Below, one piece after another: positions 1 to 11,111 of a stretch of DNA of 20,734 nt (positions are counted from its first letter, which is position 1; the number at the start of each line of letters is the position of its first letter). A program made the translations under genes and the position numbers. The stretch is from an uncultured Pseudomonadota bacterium. GTDB taxonomy: Bacteria > Pseudomonadota > Alphaproteobacteria > Rs-D84 > CACZYB01. The stretch covers positions 1 through 20,734 of the forward strand of contig CACZYB010000011.1 of assembly GCA_902785275.1 (NCBI GenBank). The letters are read 5' to 3'. A model generated the notes under the pieces. That model was not told the origin of the DNA, did no database searches, and worked only from the letters and a program-made list of their open reading frames with translations.

Positions 1-135
1 GATTTTTTAGGAATATAGATAAATAATCAAAATAGTAAAGAAAAAAGGGTCCTTTTTTGTATATCACTCAAAAATCTTTAATAAATGGCTGTTTCCTGCA
101 AAATACAGAATTTTTGTATTGCATTTTTAGAAAAC

Positions 136-162
136 AAAAAACCTCCCATTCGGGAGGCTTTT
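136..162 (-). terminator. Intrinsic terminator downstream of ssb (probably bidirectional)
   Basis: CCTCCC-ATTC-GGGAGG hairpin at 142-157, with an A-run on the left (U-tail on - strand) and TTTT on the right; ~25 bp after the ssb stop. Confidence 0.85.
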
Positions 163-181
163 GAACTTTTATTCCAATCTA

Positions 182-631
182 TTAAAACGGAATTTCGTCA
201 TCAATGTCGCCTGATGGTGCGGAATTATCCCAACCAGCATCAGGTGAAGCACCTGCATCTTCAGAACCAGCAAATTCTCCAGATGTCTTATCAAGCATAA
301 TCATATAGGCATTGAAACCTGACAATACAATTTCTGTTGAATATCTGTCTGCACCAGATGCATCTTGCCACTTACGTGTGCGAAGTTGACCTTCCACATA
401 AACCTTTGAACCTTTTTTCAAGTATTTTTCAGCAACTTCAGCAAGTCCAGGAGAAAATATAACAACACGATGCCATTCTGTCCTATCCTTTCTTTCACCA
501 CTTTTATCTTTCCAAGATTCAGATGTTGCAACATTAAATGTAACAATTTTATTACCATCTTGTGAATGTCTTACTTCTGGATCTCCACCAAGATTTCCTA
601 CTAAAATAACTTTATTAATTGATCCTGCCAT
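182..631 (-). CDS. ssb: Single-stranded DNA-binding protein
   Basis: [15 protein letters not shown] start, TEWHRVV and [17 protein letters not shown]-fold motifs, acidic C-terminal DDEIPF; AGGAG RBS upstream. Confidence 0.98.
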   Translation of the reverse strand: MAGSINKVILVGNLGGDPEVRHSQDGNKIVTFNVATSESWKDKSGERKDRTEWHRVVIFSPGLAEVAEKYLKKGSKVYVEGQLRTRKWQDASGADRYSTEIVLSGFNAYMIMLDKTSGEFAGSEDAGASPDAGWDNSAPSGDIDDEIPF

Positions 632-656
632 ATTAATTTCTCCTTTATAAATTTTC

Positions 657-682
657 GCCCATACTATGTTTCAAGTATGGGC
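657..682. other. Perfect 9-bp stem hairpin between eno and ssb
   Basis: GCCCATACT-ATGTTTCA-AGTATGGGC; a T-rich tail follows only on the + strand. Confidence 0.7.
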
Positions 683-692
683 TTTCTATTTT

Positions 693-1970
<1,278 letters not shown>

Positions 1971-2011
1971 TTACTTTCCTTTCATAATTAATAAATTTGA
2001 CATGTGAGAAA

Positions 2012-2040
2012 ATTATAATACCTTGGTTTTTATTTTGCAA
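2012..2040 (-). promoter_or_regulatory. sigma70-type promoter of eno
   Basis: On - strand: TTGCAA (2040-2035), 17 bp, TATAAT (2017-2012). Confidence 0.75.
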
Positions 2041-2049
2041 GATTCTTAT

Positions 2050-2742
2050 TTATAAAATATGCATTATTATTGGTATTATAAAAACTGTTATCAATCCGGC
2101 AATAATAATAGCAACGGAACTCATGGCACCTTCAAGCTCACCTATCTGTAAAGCTTTTGATGTTCCAATCGCATGTGCAGATGTTCCATGAGCAAGCCCA
2201 ATAGCCACCGGATTCGTTATTTTAAATATTTTACAGATTCTTTCCGCACTTATTGCACCAATAATTCCTGTTAAAACTACCGCCATAACAGTAATAGTCG
2301 GAATACCACCAATTTCATTTGATACACCCAAAGCAATCGCTGTTGTTATTGACTTTGGCATTAGTGATTTTGTTGTAATAATATTAAAACCAAAAAGCAT
2401 AGAGGACAATATAACTGTTAAAATTGCACAAACACTACCTACAAGAACTGATAAAAATACCGCCCTTCTGTACTTCTTTAATATATTAAATTGCTTATAC
2501 ATTGGAACCGCCAAACAAATTGTCGATGGTGTTAATAATAAAGATATAGATGAAGTTCCAGCCTTATACACAGAATAATTTATATTCGCAGAAATAAGGA
2601 ACATAATTATAAGTGCACTTGCAATCAAAATTGGATTTAAGACTGTATACTTGAACTTTTTATTAACCTTTACACCAAACCAATATGCAAAAAGTGTCAA
2701 AATAATACCAAAGTAACCTGAATTTTCAAAAAGCTCTTTCAT
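2050..2742 (-). CDS. lrgB: LrgB/CidB family membrane protein
   Basis: Multi-pass hydrophobic protein with LNPILI, TICLAVPMY, PKSITTAIA, GTSAHAIGTSKA, EGAMSS motifs; start overlaps the lrgA stop. Confidence 0.93.
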   Translation of the reverse strand: MKELFENSGYFGIILTLFAYWFGVKVNKKFKYTVLNPILIASALIIMFLISANINYSVYKAGTSSISLLLTPSTICLAVPMYKQFNILKKYRRAVFLSVLVGSVCAILTVILSSMLFGFNIITTKSLMPKSITTAIALGVSNEIGGIPTITVMAVVLTGIIGAISAERICKIFKITNPVAIGLAHGTSAHAIGTSKALQIGELEGAMSSVAIIIAGLITVFIIPIIMHIL

Positions 2743-3116
2743 TATTTTTTATCCTTAATTTTTTTTGAATTATTTGTTCTTTTTATCACAAATTCTGCAG
2801 TCAAGCCCGTTGAAATAACAACAGAAAAAGTACTTAATACTATGATTGCAAGATATTTAAAAATATCAGCCTTTATATCAAACATAATTTCAATAATAGC
2901 AACAGCCGGTGGTACAAAAAGTACAGGCATTATTGCCAACAAAAAGTTTGAAATTTCTTCAATTTGTTTAAGCTTGATAATCTTTGTAAACAAGCAAAAG
3001 GCCAATATAAGTAAGCCATAAATACTTGATGGAATCTTAAATGGGATGAAATGATAACAAACTTCTCCCAAAAAAGAAATTATGCAAATAAGCAAAAATT
3101 GAAAAAGATATTTCAT
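2742..3116 (-). CDS. lrgA: CidA/LrgA family (holin-like) membrane protein
   Basis: 124 aa, about 4 TM segments, IPSSIYGL and MPVLFVPPAVAI motifs; directly upstream of lrgB. Confidence 0.92.
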   Translation of the reverse strand: MKYLFQFLLICIISFLGEVCYHFIPFKIPSSIYGLLILAFCLFTKIIKLKQIEEISNFLLAIMPVLFVPPAVAIIEIMFDIKADIFKYLAIIVLSTFSVVISTGLTAEFVIKRTNNSKKIKDKK

Positions 3117-3173
3117 TAAAACTCTCCATATTTAATGCAAAGATTCCTAGCACTAAGATATACCTAAGTCAAT

Positions 3174-3204
3174 AAAAAAAATCCCCACAAAACGCAGGGA
3201 TTTT
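3174..3204 (-). terminator. Intrinsic terminator after the lipoprotein gene
   Basis: AAAATCCC...GGGATTTT inverted repeat with a long A-run on the left (U-tail on - strand), ~20 bp past the stop at 3226. Confidence 0.7.
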
Positions 3205-3225
3205 AATTACACAAAATAAATCAAA

Positions 3226-3939
3226 TTAGTATCTTGGAGGTTGTCCAACACCATTTGAATTTGATTTATAATACATATTTGATGCATTACCTAAACCCAA
3301 TGAACCAGCAGCACTTTTATTTGAAGTATTCATTGCAGGAATACCACTTGTGTGTTGTTGATTATAGTTTTGTGGTTGTTGGTTATAACCACCTTGTTGT
3401 TGATAAACAGGTTGGTTATTTTGTTGCATATTCATATCAGCAGGTTGATTTTGATACCCACCTTGTTGTTGATTTGAATTTACACCATCACTATTGTTAT
3501 TTGCACTACGTTGACATCTCTTTGATGGAGATGGAGCCATAGAGATAATAACTGTTGTGCCACCACGGAAACCATTTGAAACAAGTTGAACTGTTGCAAC
3601 ACGGCAATTATATCTGTATGTCAAAACAGAGTTTGAACCACGAACAGATGTTAATTCTTTCCAGTTAAACTTTGGCATTTCTTCCATATAGAAATCAAAT
3701 ACACCAGAAACATTATATGGAGCATAGAATGTCATTTTTCCCATCCAATCTGTTTCACGACCGAACATCATACTTCTATCCAAGTCCATTTGTGAACCAT
3801 CTGGAATAGGAATATCAGAAAATTGCGAAAATGTATAAGGAAGTTCTTGAGACTTATCCTTTTTTAAATCTTGTGTATCTAATGCACAACCGGCAAGAAC
3901 TGCAGTCACTGCACACAATAAAGTTTGAAATTTTTTCAT
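3226..3939 (-). CDS. Putative lipoprotein of unknown function with Q/N-rich low-complexity C-terminal tail
   Basis: MKK + hydrophobic stretch + lipobox LAGC; globular N-domain (FSQFSDIPIP...VFDFYMEEMP); Q/N/G/Y-rich tail; AGGAG RBS. Confidence 0.85.
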   Translation of the reverse strand: MKKFQTLLCAVTAVLAGCALDTQDLKKDKSQELPYTFSQFSDIPIPDGSQMDLDRSMMFGRETDWMGKMTFYAPYNVSGVFDFYMEEMPKFNWKELTSVRGSNSVLTYRYNCRVATVQLVSNGFRGGTTVIISMAPSPSKRCQRSANNNSDGVNSNQQQGGYQNQPADMNMQQNNQPVYQQQGGYNQQPQNYNQQHTSGIPAMNTSNKSAAGSLGLGNASNMYYKSNSNGVGQPPRY

Positions 3940-3975
3940 TTTTATCTCTCCTTAATTGAAGGTTTTAACAAGCTG

Positions 3976-4004
3976 ATTATAACCTATTTTTACCCCTATT
4001 TCAA
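3976..4004 (-). promoter_or_regulatory. sigma70-type promoter of the lipoprotein gene
   Basis: On - strand: TTGAAA (4004-3999), 17 bp, TATAAT (3981-3976). Confidence 0.7.
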
Positions 4005-4022
4005 GCAATTTTTATCTATTTT

Positions 4023-4502
4023 TTATTTTTTTCTTAAATTTTTAAAAAATTTTTTCAAAAGTTCAGAGCTTTCTTCTTTCAAATAACCATAATTTACAGT
4101 CGGTTTATAAAGATTTTTCATATTCTCATATATCTTTACACCATTAACAACAGCCCCACCCTTTTCATCCACAGTCGAAAAATAAACATTTTTTATTTTT
4201 GCCAAAGATATTGCAGTAGCACACATAGGACATGGTTCTAGTGTAACAAAAATACTGCAATCCATAAGATATTTTTCATTAAGTTTTTTACATGCCTTTT
4301 GTATGGCAAGTATTTCGGCATGACACAAAGAATTTTTCTTTGTTTCCGTAAGATTATGAGCTTTGGAAATAACTTTTCCATCTTTTGATACAATCACTGC
4401 ACCAATAGGAACCTCAGCCTTGTCAAAAGCCTTTTTTGCCTCTAAAAAAGCAATTTTCATATATTTTTGAAAATTTTTATCAATTAAGTCTTTATTTTCC
4501 AA
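4023..4502 (-). CDS. tadA: tRNA-specific adenosine(34) deaminase
   Basis: EVPIGAVIV, HAE and TLEPCPMC zinc-deaminase motifs, KGGAV, LLKKFF. Start uncertain: TTG at 4502 (GGGG RBS) or ATG at 4460. Confidence 0.88.
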   Translation of the reverse strand: MENKDLIDKNFQKYMKIAFLEAKKAFDKAEVPIGAVIVSKDGKVISKAHNLTETKKNSLCHAEILAIQKACKKLNEKYLMDCSIFVTLEPCPMCATAISLAKIKNVYFSTVDEKGGAVVNGVKIYENMKNLYKPTVNYGYLKEESSELLKKFFKNLRKK

Positions 4503-4564
4503 TTTTTTACCCCTATATTATAATAGTATACTAAAAATTTTTATTTTAAAGCATTTTATTTATC

Positions 4565-4594
4565 TTGACCTTTTTGTCCTATATGTAATAAAGT
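4565..4594 (+). promoter_or_regulatory. Putative sigma70-type promoter of secA
   Basis: TTGACC (4565-4570), 18 bp, TAAAGT (4589-4594). Confidence 0.5.
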
Positions 4595-4645
4595 GTTACA
4601 GATAAAAATATACAGTTTAAAAAAGAAGTAAGGAAAGGCTTTTAA

Positions 4646-7297
4646 ATGATTGGATATATCACAAAGAAAATTTTCGGCACAGAAAATGAAAGAATTCTTA
4701 AAAAATATCGTGCAAGAGTAAAAGATATTAATGATAAAGAACCAGAACTTATCAAACTTTCTGATGAAGAATTACAAGCAAGAACCACTTGGCTTAAAGG
4801 AAGACTTGATGCTGGTGAAACTCTTGATGATATTTTGGTTGATGCTTTTGCAACTGTAAGGGAAACTGCAAAACGTGTTTTAGGACAAAGACATTATGAT
4901 GTACAACTTATCGGAGGTATGATTCTTCATGATGGCCAAATCACAGAAATGAAAACAGGTGAAGGTAAAACATTGGTTGCGACACTTCCAGTTTACCTTA
5001 ATGCCCTAACAGGAAAAGGTGTTCACGTTATCACAGTTAATGATTATCTTGCAAAACGTGATGCTGAATGGATGGGAAAGCTTTATCGATTCCTTGGTCT
5101 TTCTGTTGGATGTATTTTAAATGAACTTGATGATGATGAAAGACGTGAAGCATATAATTGCGATATCACATACGGTACAAACCACGAATTTGGCTTCGAT
5201 TATCTTCGCGATAATATGAAATTCAGAATTGAAACTTTGGTTCAAAGACCTTTCAACTATGCTATTGTCGATGAAGTTGATTCTATTTTGATTGATGAAG
5301 CAAGAACTCCACTTATTATTTCTGGACCAAGTGAAGGAACTTCTGATTCATATAAACAAGTAAATTCAATAATTCCTCTTTTAAACGAAACTCATTACCA
5401 AATTGATGAAAAAGATAAAAACGCAACCCTTACCGAAGCAGGTATGGAATTTGTTGAAAATATTCTTTTTGAAAAAGGTATTACAAAGGTTAAAAACCTT
5501 TACGATATTTCAAATGCGACAATTGTTCATCACTTGGATAAATGTTTAACTGCACACAAACTTTATAAACGTGATGTTGATTACCTTGTAAAGGATGATC
5601 AAGTTTATATTATTGATGAATTTACTGGTCGTATTATGGAAGGTAGAAGATATTCAGATGGTCTTCACCAAGCATTGGAAGCAAAAGAAAACGTAAACGT
5701 TCAAAACGAATCTCAAACTTTGGCAAGTATCACATACCAAAACTACTTCCGTTTATATCCAAAGCTTGCCGGTATGACTGGTACAGCTTTAACCGAAGCT
5801 CAAGAATTCGAAGAAATTTACAAATTAAGATGTATTGAGGTTCCAACAAATCTTCCTGTTCGTCGTGTAGATTACAACGATGAAATCTATTTAACAGAAG
5901 CAGAAAAATACGAAGCAATCGTAAAATTGATTAAGGAATGCCACGCAAAACAACAACCTGTTTTGATTGGTACTGTTTCTATTGAAAAATCTGAAAAGCT
6001 TAATAAATTTCTTATTTCAGAAGGTATTCACGCTCAGGTATTGAATGCAAAATATCATGAATCCGAAGCATACATTATCGCCCAAGCTGGTGTTCCTGGT
6101 GCAATCACTATTGCTACAAACATGGCTGGTCGTGGTACTGATATACAGCTTGGTGGAAACCTTGAAATGCGTGTTCAACAAGAAACAAAAGGTATTGAAG
6201 ATGCCGAACTTCTAAAGAAAAAAATCGATGAAATAAAAGCTGACATAAAGGCAAAAAAAGAAATCGCATTACAGGCTGGTGGTCTTTATGTTATCGGTAC
6301 AGAAAGACACGAATCTCGTCGTATTGATAATCAACTTCGTGGAAGAACTGGTCGTCAAGGTGATCCAGGTGCTTCAAAATTTTTCTTATCTATGGAAGAT
6401 AACTTAATGAGAATTTTCGGCGGTGATAAGATGAAAGCAATGCTTTCAAGATTGGGTATTAAACGTGGTGAAGCAATTATTCACCCTTGGGTATCCCGTG
6501 CTCTTGAAAAGGCTCAAATGAAAGTTGAAACTCATAACTTTACCATCAGAAAAAATCTTCTTAAATACGATGATGTTATGAATGAACAAAGAAAAATCAT
6601 TTATGCTCAACGTCATAAAATTATGGATATGGATGAAATCCACAGACATATTGATGAAATGCGTCTTGATGTAGTAGAAGATATCGTTGGAAAGGCAATT
6701 CCTGAAAAAACTCACTTTGAAGATTGGGATATTGCTGGCTTAGAAAAAGATTGTTTCGATATCTTGGGTGTAACAATGTATTTTGATAAATACTTTGAAG
6801 ATCATCCAGATGCAACTCCTCAAGATGTTTTTGAACTTGTTGATGAAGCAAGTGATGAAAGAATGTATGTTCAAGAAAAACGTTATACAAAGGACTTTAT
6901 GAGATATGTTGAAAAAGCAATATTCTTACAAACTTTGGATCAAATTTGGAAGGAACATTTACAAGCACTTGACTTCTTAAAACAAGGTATCGGTCTTCGT
7001 GCATACGGACAAAAAGATCCACTAAATGAATATAAGCGTGAGGCATTCTTGATGTTCGAACAAAATATGTTCCGTATTAAAGAAAAGATTATTAAACTTC
7101 TTGCAAAAACAGACTTCTCTCAAGAAGGAATGGCTGAATTCACAGATGAAGACGAAGCAATAGAAATGCAAGAAAATCAACCTGCTGAAAAATTGGTTGA
7201 AAGACAAGATCCTGTAAACCTTACAATAGGAAGAAATGATCCATGCCCATGTGGAAGTGGATTAAAATATAAACATTGTCACGGTAAATTAAAATAG
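4646..7297 (+). CDS. secA: Preprotein translocase ATPase SecA
   Basis: EMKTGEGKT Walker [45 protein letters not shown]-terminal SEC-C motif [19 protein letters not shown]. Confidence 0.99.
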   Translation: MIGYITKKIFGTENERILKKYRARVKDINDKEPELIKLSDEELQARTTWLKGRLDAGETLDDILVDAFATVRETAKRVLGQRHYDVQLIGGMILHDGQITEMKTGEGKTLVATLPVYLNALTGKGVHVITVNDYLAKRDAEWMGKLYRFLGLSVGCILNELDDDERREAYNCDITYGTNHEFGFDYLRDNMKFRIETLVQRPFNYAIVDEVDSILIDEARTPLIISGPSEGTSDSYKQVNSIIPLLNETHYQIDEKDKNATLTEAGMEFVENILFEKGITKVKNLYDISNATIVHHLDKCLTAHKLYKRDVDYLVKDDQVYIIDEFTGRIMEGRRYSDGLHQALEAKENVNVQNESQTLASITYQNYFRLYPKLAGMTGTALTEAQEFEEIYKLRCIEVPTNLPVRRVDYNDEIYLTEAEKYEAIVKLIKECHAKQQPVLIGTVSIEKSEKLNKFLISEGIHAQVLNAKYHESEAYIIAQAGVPGAITIATNMAGRGTDIQLGGNLEMRVQQETKGIEDAELLKKKIDEIKADIKAKKEIALQAGGLYVIGTERHESRRIDNQLRGRTGRQGDPGASKFFLSMEDNLMRIFGGDKMKAMLSRLGIKRGEAIIHPWVSRALEKAQMKVETHNFTIRKNLLKYDDVMNEQRKIIYAQRHKIMDMDEIHRHIDEMRLDVVEDIVGKAIPEKTHFEDWDIAGLEKDCFDILGVTMYFDKYFEDHPDATPQDVFELVDEASDERMYVQEKRYTKDFMRYVEKAIFLQTLDQIWKEHLQALDFLKQGIGLRAYGQKDPLNEYKREAFLMFEQNMFRIKEKIIKLLAKTDFSQEGMAEFTDEDEAIEMQENQPAEKLVERQDPVNLTIGRNDPCPCGSGLKYKHCHGKLK

Positions 7298-7309
7298 GGT
7301 TTAGTTTAA

Positions 7310-10300
7310 ATGAGTATTGCTCCTTTTGTTCACCTCAGAAATCATACTGCATATTCGGTGGCAGAGGGAGCTTTAACCTCAGATAAAATTCGTGATCTAT
7401 GCCGAAAATACAATATGCCTGCGGCTGGAATCACTGATACAAACAACATTTTCGGTGGAGCAGAATTTTCAACACATTTAGAAGAAGTTGGTGTCCAACC
7501 AATACTTGGCACACAACTTGATGTTGATTTTGATTTACCACAGGTAAGCTTTCCAAAAGACAGATATTCACAATTAATATTCCTTGTTCAAAATAGTGTT
7601 GGATATCACAATCTTATAAAACTCATTTCTTATGCTCACCTTAGAAAAAAAGATACAGAGTATCCTCACATAACTCTTGATATGTTTGAAGGTAAAACCG
7701 ACGGTTTGATTGTCCTTTCTGGTGGTACAAAGGGAGTAATTGGTAAATGTCTTCTTGCAAATAATTTTGATTTAGCCGAAGAAAAATGCCTTATATTAAA
7801 AAAGCTTTTCGGTGATAGATTCTATATAGAATTACAACGTCACGGACTCCCAGAAGAAAAGAAAACCGAAGCTGACTTTTTAAAACTTGCATATAAACAC
7901 AATATTCCATTAGTTGCAACAAACGAATGTTTCTTTGCTACACGTGATATGTACCAAGCACACGATGTTTTGCTTTGTATCGCTGAGGGGCGATTTGTTG
8001 ATGAAGAAGACAGAAGAAAAGAAACAGAAGAACATTATTTCAAAACACCTGATGAAATGGTCGAACTTTTTTCTGATTTACCAGAAGCAATAGAAAACAC
8101 CATTGAAATCGCAAAAAGATGTGCATATAAGTTCACAGTTTCCGAACCTTTACTTCCTCACGTGGAAAAGGGTGAACATTTTACCATCGATGAAAATTTT
8201 GCATCACAAATTCCATCTATAAAAGCTCTTGCCGAAAAAACAGAAGCAAGTCTTAAAAAGTTTTGGAATAATTTTAAGGAAGACAAACGTACTTCATATC
8301 AAAATATAATAGATGATACCATAAATATAATATCTAATCCTAACACCCCATTAGATGAAATAAAGAAAAAAATCGATATTTTCACTCAAACTGCAATGAA
8401 ACTAAGCGAGGCAGAACTTCTTACAAAACGTGCACACGAAGGTTTAAAAGTCCGCCTTGAAAAAGCTGAAATTATCGGAGAAGAAGCTCAAAAACCATAT
8501 TGGGAAAGATTGGAATATGAACTTAGTGTTATTATAGGTATGGGATTCCCTGGCTACTTCCTTATCGTTGCAGACTTTATCGGTTGGGCAAAAGAACATG
8601 ATATACCTGTTGGCCCTGGACGTGGAAGTGGTGCTGGTTCTATTGTTGCATGGGCAATGAAAATTACTGATTTGAATCCTTTACGATTTGGTCTTCTTTT
8701 CGAAAGATTCTTGAATCCAGAACGTGTTAATATGCCTGATTTCGATATTGACTTCTGCGAAGATAGACGTGGTGAAGTTATTCACTATGTTCAGGAAAAA
8801 TATGGTGCAGATAGCGTTGGTCAGATTATAACTTTCGGTCAGTTAAAGGCTAAAAACGCAATAAAGGATGTTGGACGTGTTTTACGAATTGGTTATTCTC
8901 GATGTGATGAACTTTGCAAACTTATTCCAACAAAAGTAAGATTCCAAAATGATAAAGGTGAAGAAATTGAAAAAGAAGCCAACCTAACCCTTTGTCTTAA
9001 ATACGTTCCTGAATTTGCCGAAGCGGTTGATCACGATGATGTGTTAAAGGGGCTTATTAATATTGCATTAAAAATAGAAGGTCTTTTCAAAAGTACCGGT
9101 ATGCATGCGGCCGGTGTGGTTATTGGTGATAGACCACTTGATGAACTTGTTGCCCTTTATAAAACAGATAAATCCGATTGGCCTGTGACACAATATAATA
9201 TGAAGTTTATTGAAAATACAGGTCTTATCAAATACGATTTCTTGGGCCTTAAGACATTGACTGTTATTAAAAAAGCTTGTGATATGATTTACCAAAATCA
9301 CGGAGTCAAGATTGATATAAATAACGTTTCAATGGATGATAAACCTACATACGAACTTTTACAGGCAACAAACACTCCTGCTATATTCCAGCTTGAATCA
9401 CAGGGGATGCAGAACGTTATTTTAGGATTAAAGCCTGATAAGATAGAAGATTTGGTTGCTTTGGTTGCGCTTTACCGCCCTGGCCCAATGGATAATATTC
9501 CAACATACATCGCACGAAAATTTGGTGAAAAAATTGAATACCTACATCCAAAGCTTGAACCTATTCTAAAGGAAACCTATGGTATTATGGTTTACCAAGA
9601 GCAGGTTATGGAAATCGGTAAACAGCTTGCCGGATATACAAAGGGTATGGCTGATGATTTGCGTAAAGCTATGGGTAAAAAGATTAAGGAAAAAATGGAT
9701 CACCACCGTGAAATTTTCAAGGAAGGTTGTTTGAAAGTAAGTGGTATTGAAGAAACTCTTTCAATGAAAATTTTCGATGCTATGGCTCAATTTGCCAGCT
9801 ATGGTTTCAATAAATCCCACGCTGTTTGCTACGCTTGGGTTTGTTATCAAACTGCATATCTTAAAACTCATTATGCACCTGAATTTATGGCATCATCAAT
9901 GACCTATGATATGACAGATACTGATAAACTTGCATTCTTTGCCGATAATGTGAAAAAGATGGGGATAAAAATTCTTCGCCCAGATATCAATAAATCATAC
10001 GAATATTTCTCTGTTGAAAATGGTGCAATAAGATACGCAATGGCAGCCATAAAGAATGTTGGTGTCGGTGTTGTACAAGCTATTGTTGCTGAACGTGAAA
10101 AAAATGGTCCATTCAAAAATATAACTGACTTTATCTCAAGGGTTGATCCTAAAAATCTTAACAAAAGAATGTTGGAAAATTTGATAAAGGCCGGTGCATT
10201 CGACGATTTGGAACCAAACCGCCACAAAATGTTTGATAATGTAAACTATATCATTTCACAAATTGCTTCAATAAATAAAGATAAAGAAACAAATCAAACA

Positions 10301-11029
10301 AGTCTTTTCTCTTTGGATGAGATAGAGGTAAAACGTGATGATATAAGACTTTCCGAAGTTCCAGAATGGAAACCATTGGAACGTCTTGGCTTTGAAAAAG
10401 AAGTTATTGGATTTTATGTTTCCGCACACCCTCTTGATGTTTACGAAAATTCTTTGATTGCACTAAATGCAAAGTCATCTACTGATGTCGCTTTAATTAA
10501 GGAAAATACAAAAATTTGCGTTGCCGGTATTGTAGAGGCAGCCCACCTCCGTACTTCAAAAACTGGTAAAAACTACATTATGGCAAAAATAAGTGATAAA
10601 ACCGGTATTGTTGATGTTCTTTTCTTTGAAAGAAAACCTTCAAATTATAATCCAAAGTTTTCAAAGCAAGAACCAAGACAATCATTAGAAGATATTCAAA
10701 CAATTTTACAATCTGGTAAGCCAATACTTATATATGCAGACACAAAATGTGGTGATGATGGAAAGGTTACACTTTTTGGAAATAAAGTTGAATATCTAAC
10801 ATTAAATACCCAACTTGGAACAAATATGTTTATCCAAATTGATAGTGTTGATGCCGTTCGTTCTGTAAAAAAGGCACTTTCTTCCATTCCTCCTGGATAC
10901 ACTACAATACACTTGCAAGTCATTGAAAATGGCAAGAAAGTAAGCATCCTTCTTCCTGAAAAAAAAGGAATGACAACCGAAACATTGGAAATGTTTAAAG
11001 TTATTCCAAATATTGTAATTCATTTCTAA
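7310..11029 (+). CDS. dnaE: DNA polymerase III alpha subunit
   Basis: PHP domain (FVHLRNHTAYS), PGRGSGAGS, FERFLNPER, PDFDIDF catalytic motif, KYDFLGL, YGFNKSHA, clamp-binding QTSLF at 10295-10309. Confidence 0.99.
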   Translation: MSIAPFVHLRNHTAYSVAEGALTSDKIRDLCRKYNMPAAGITDTNNIFGGAEFSTHLEEVGVQPILGTQLDVDFDLPQVSFPKDRYSQLIFLVQNSVGYHNLIKLISYAHLRKKDTEYPHITLDMFEGKTDGLIVLSGGTKGVIGKCLLANNFDLAEEKCLILKKLFGDRFYIELQRHGLPEEKKTEADFLKLAYKHNIPLVATNECFFATRDMYQAHDVLLCIAEGRFVDEEDRRKETEEHYFKTPDEMVELFSDLPEAIENTIEIAKRCAYKFTVSEPLLPHVEKGEHFTIDENFASQIPSIKALAEKTEASLKKFWNNFKEDKRTSYQNIIDDTINIISNPNTPLDEIKKKIDIFTQTAMKLSEAELLTKRAHEGLKVRLEKAEIIGEEAQKPYWERLEYELSVIIGMGFPGYFLIVADFIGWAKEHDIPVGPGRGSGAGSIVAWAMKITDLNPLRFGLLFERFLNPERVNMPDFDIDFCEDRRGEVIHYVQEKYGADSVGQIITFGQLKAKNAIKDVGRVLRIGYSRCDELCKLIPTKVRFQNDKGEEIEKEANLTLCLKYVPEFAEAVDHDDVLKGLINIALKIEGLFKSTGMHAAGVVIGDRPLDELVALYKTDKSDWPVTQYNMKFIENTGLIKYDFLGLKTLTVIKKACDMIYQNHGVKIDINNVSMDDKPTYELLQATNTPAIFQLESQGMQNVILGLKPDKIEDLVALVALYRPGPMDNIPTYIARKFGEKIEYLHPKLEPILKETYGIMVYQEQVMEIGKQLAGYTKGMADDLRKAMGKKIKEKMDHHREIFKEGCLKVSGIEETLSMKIFDAMAQFASYGFNKSHAVCYAWVCYQTAYLKTHYAPEFMASSMTYDMTDTDKLAFFADNVKKMGIKILRPDINKSYEYFSVENGAIRYAMAAIKNVGVGVVQAIVAEREKNGPFKNITDFISRVDPKNLNKRMLENLIKAGAFDDLEPNRHKMFDNVNYIISQIASINKDKETNQTSLFSLDEIEVKRDDIRLSEVPEWKPLERLGFEKEVIGFYVSAHPLDVYENSLIALNAKSSTDVALIKENTKICVAGIVEAAHLRTSKTGKNYIMAKISDKTGIVDVLFFERKPSNYNPKFSKQEPRQSLEDIQTILQSGKPILIYADTKCGDDGKVTLFGNKVEYLTLNTQLGTNMFIQIDSVDAVRSVKKALSSIPPGYTTIHLQVIENGKKVSILLPEKKGMTTETLEMFKVIPNIVIHF

Positions 11030-11038
11030 AAATTTTTC

Positions 11039-11067
11039 TTGAATTATTAACTATTTAGGTGTACAAT
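11039..11067 (+). promoter_or_regulatory. sigma70-type promoter of the Cys-rich protein gene
   Basis: TTGAAT (11039-11044), 17 bp, TACAAT (11062-11067); GGGAG RBS follows near 11100. Confidence 0.7.
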
Positions 11068-11111
11068 AGGTAACGTTTAGGTGAGAAAACTTAAAAATTG
11101 GGAGAAGATTT

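Noticed and set aside
97-123. Imperfect palindrome TGCAAAATACAG-AATTT-TTGTATTGCA
   Set aside because: AT-rich and imperfect, and its downstream gene is outside the window; no function can be assigned.
2050-3116. Prophage lysis cassette (holin-like LrgA)
   Set aside because: No endolysin, integrase or phage structural genes nearby; lrgAB are common chromosomal genes.
8162-8404. Possible intein in dnaE
   Set aside because: No Cys/Ser N-terminus, no His-Asn + Cys/Ser/Thr junction, and too short.
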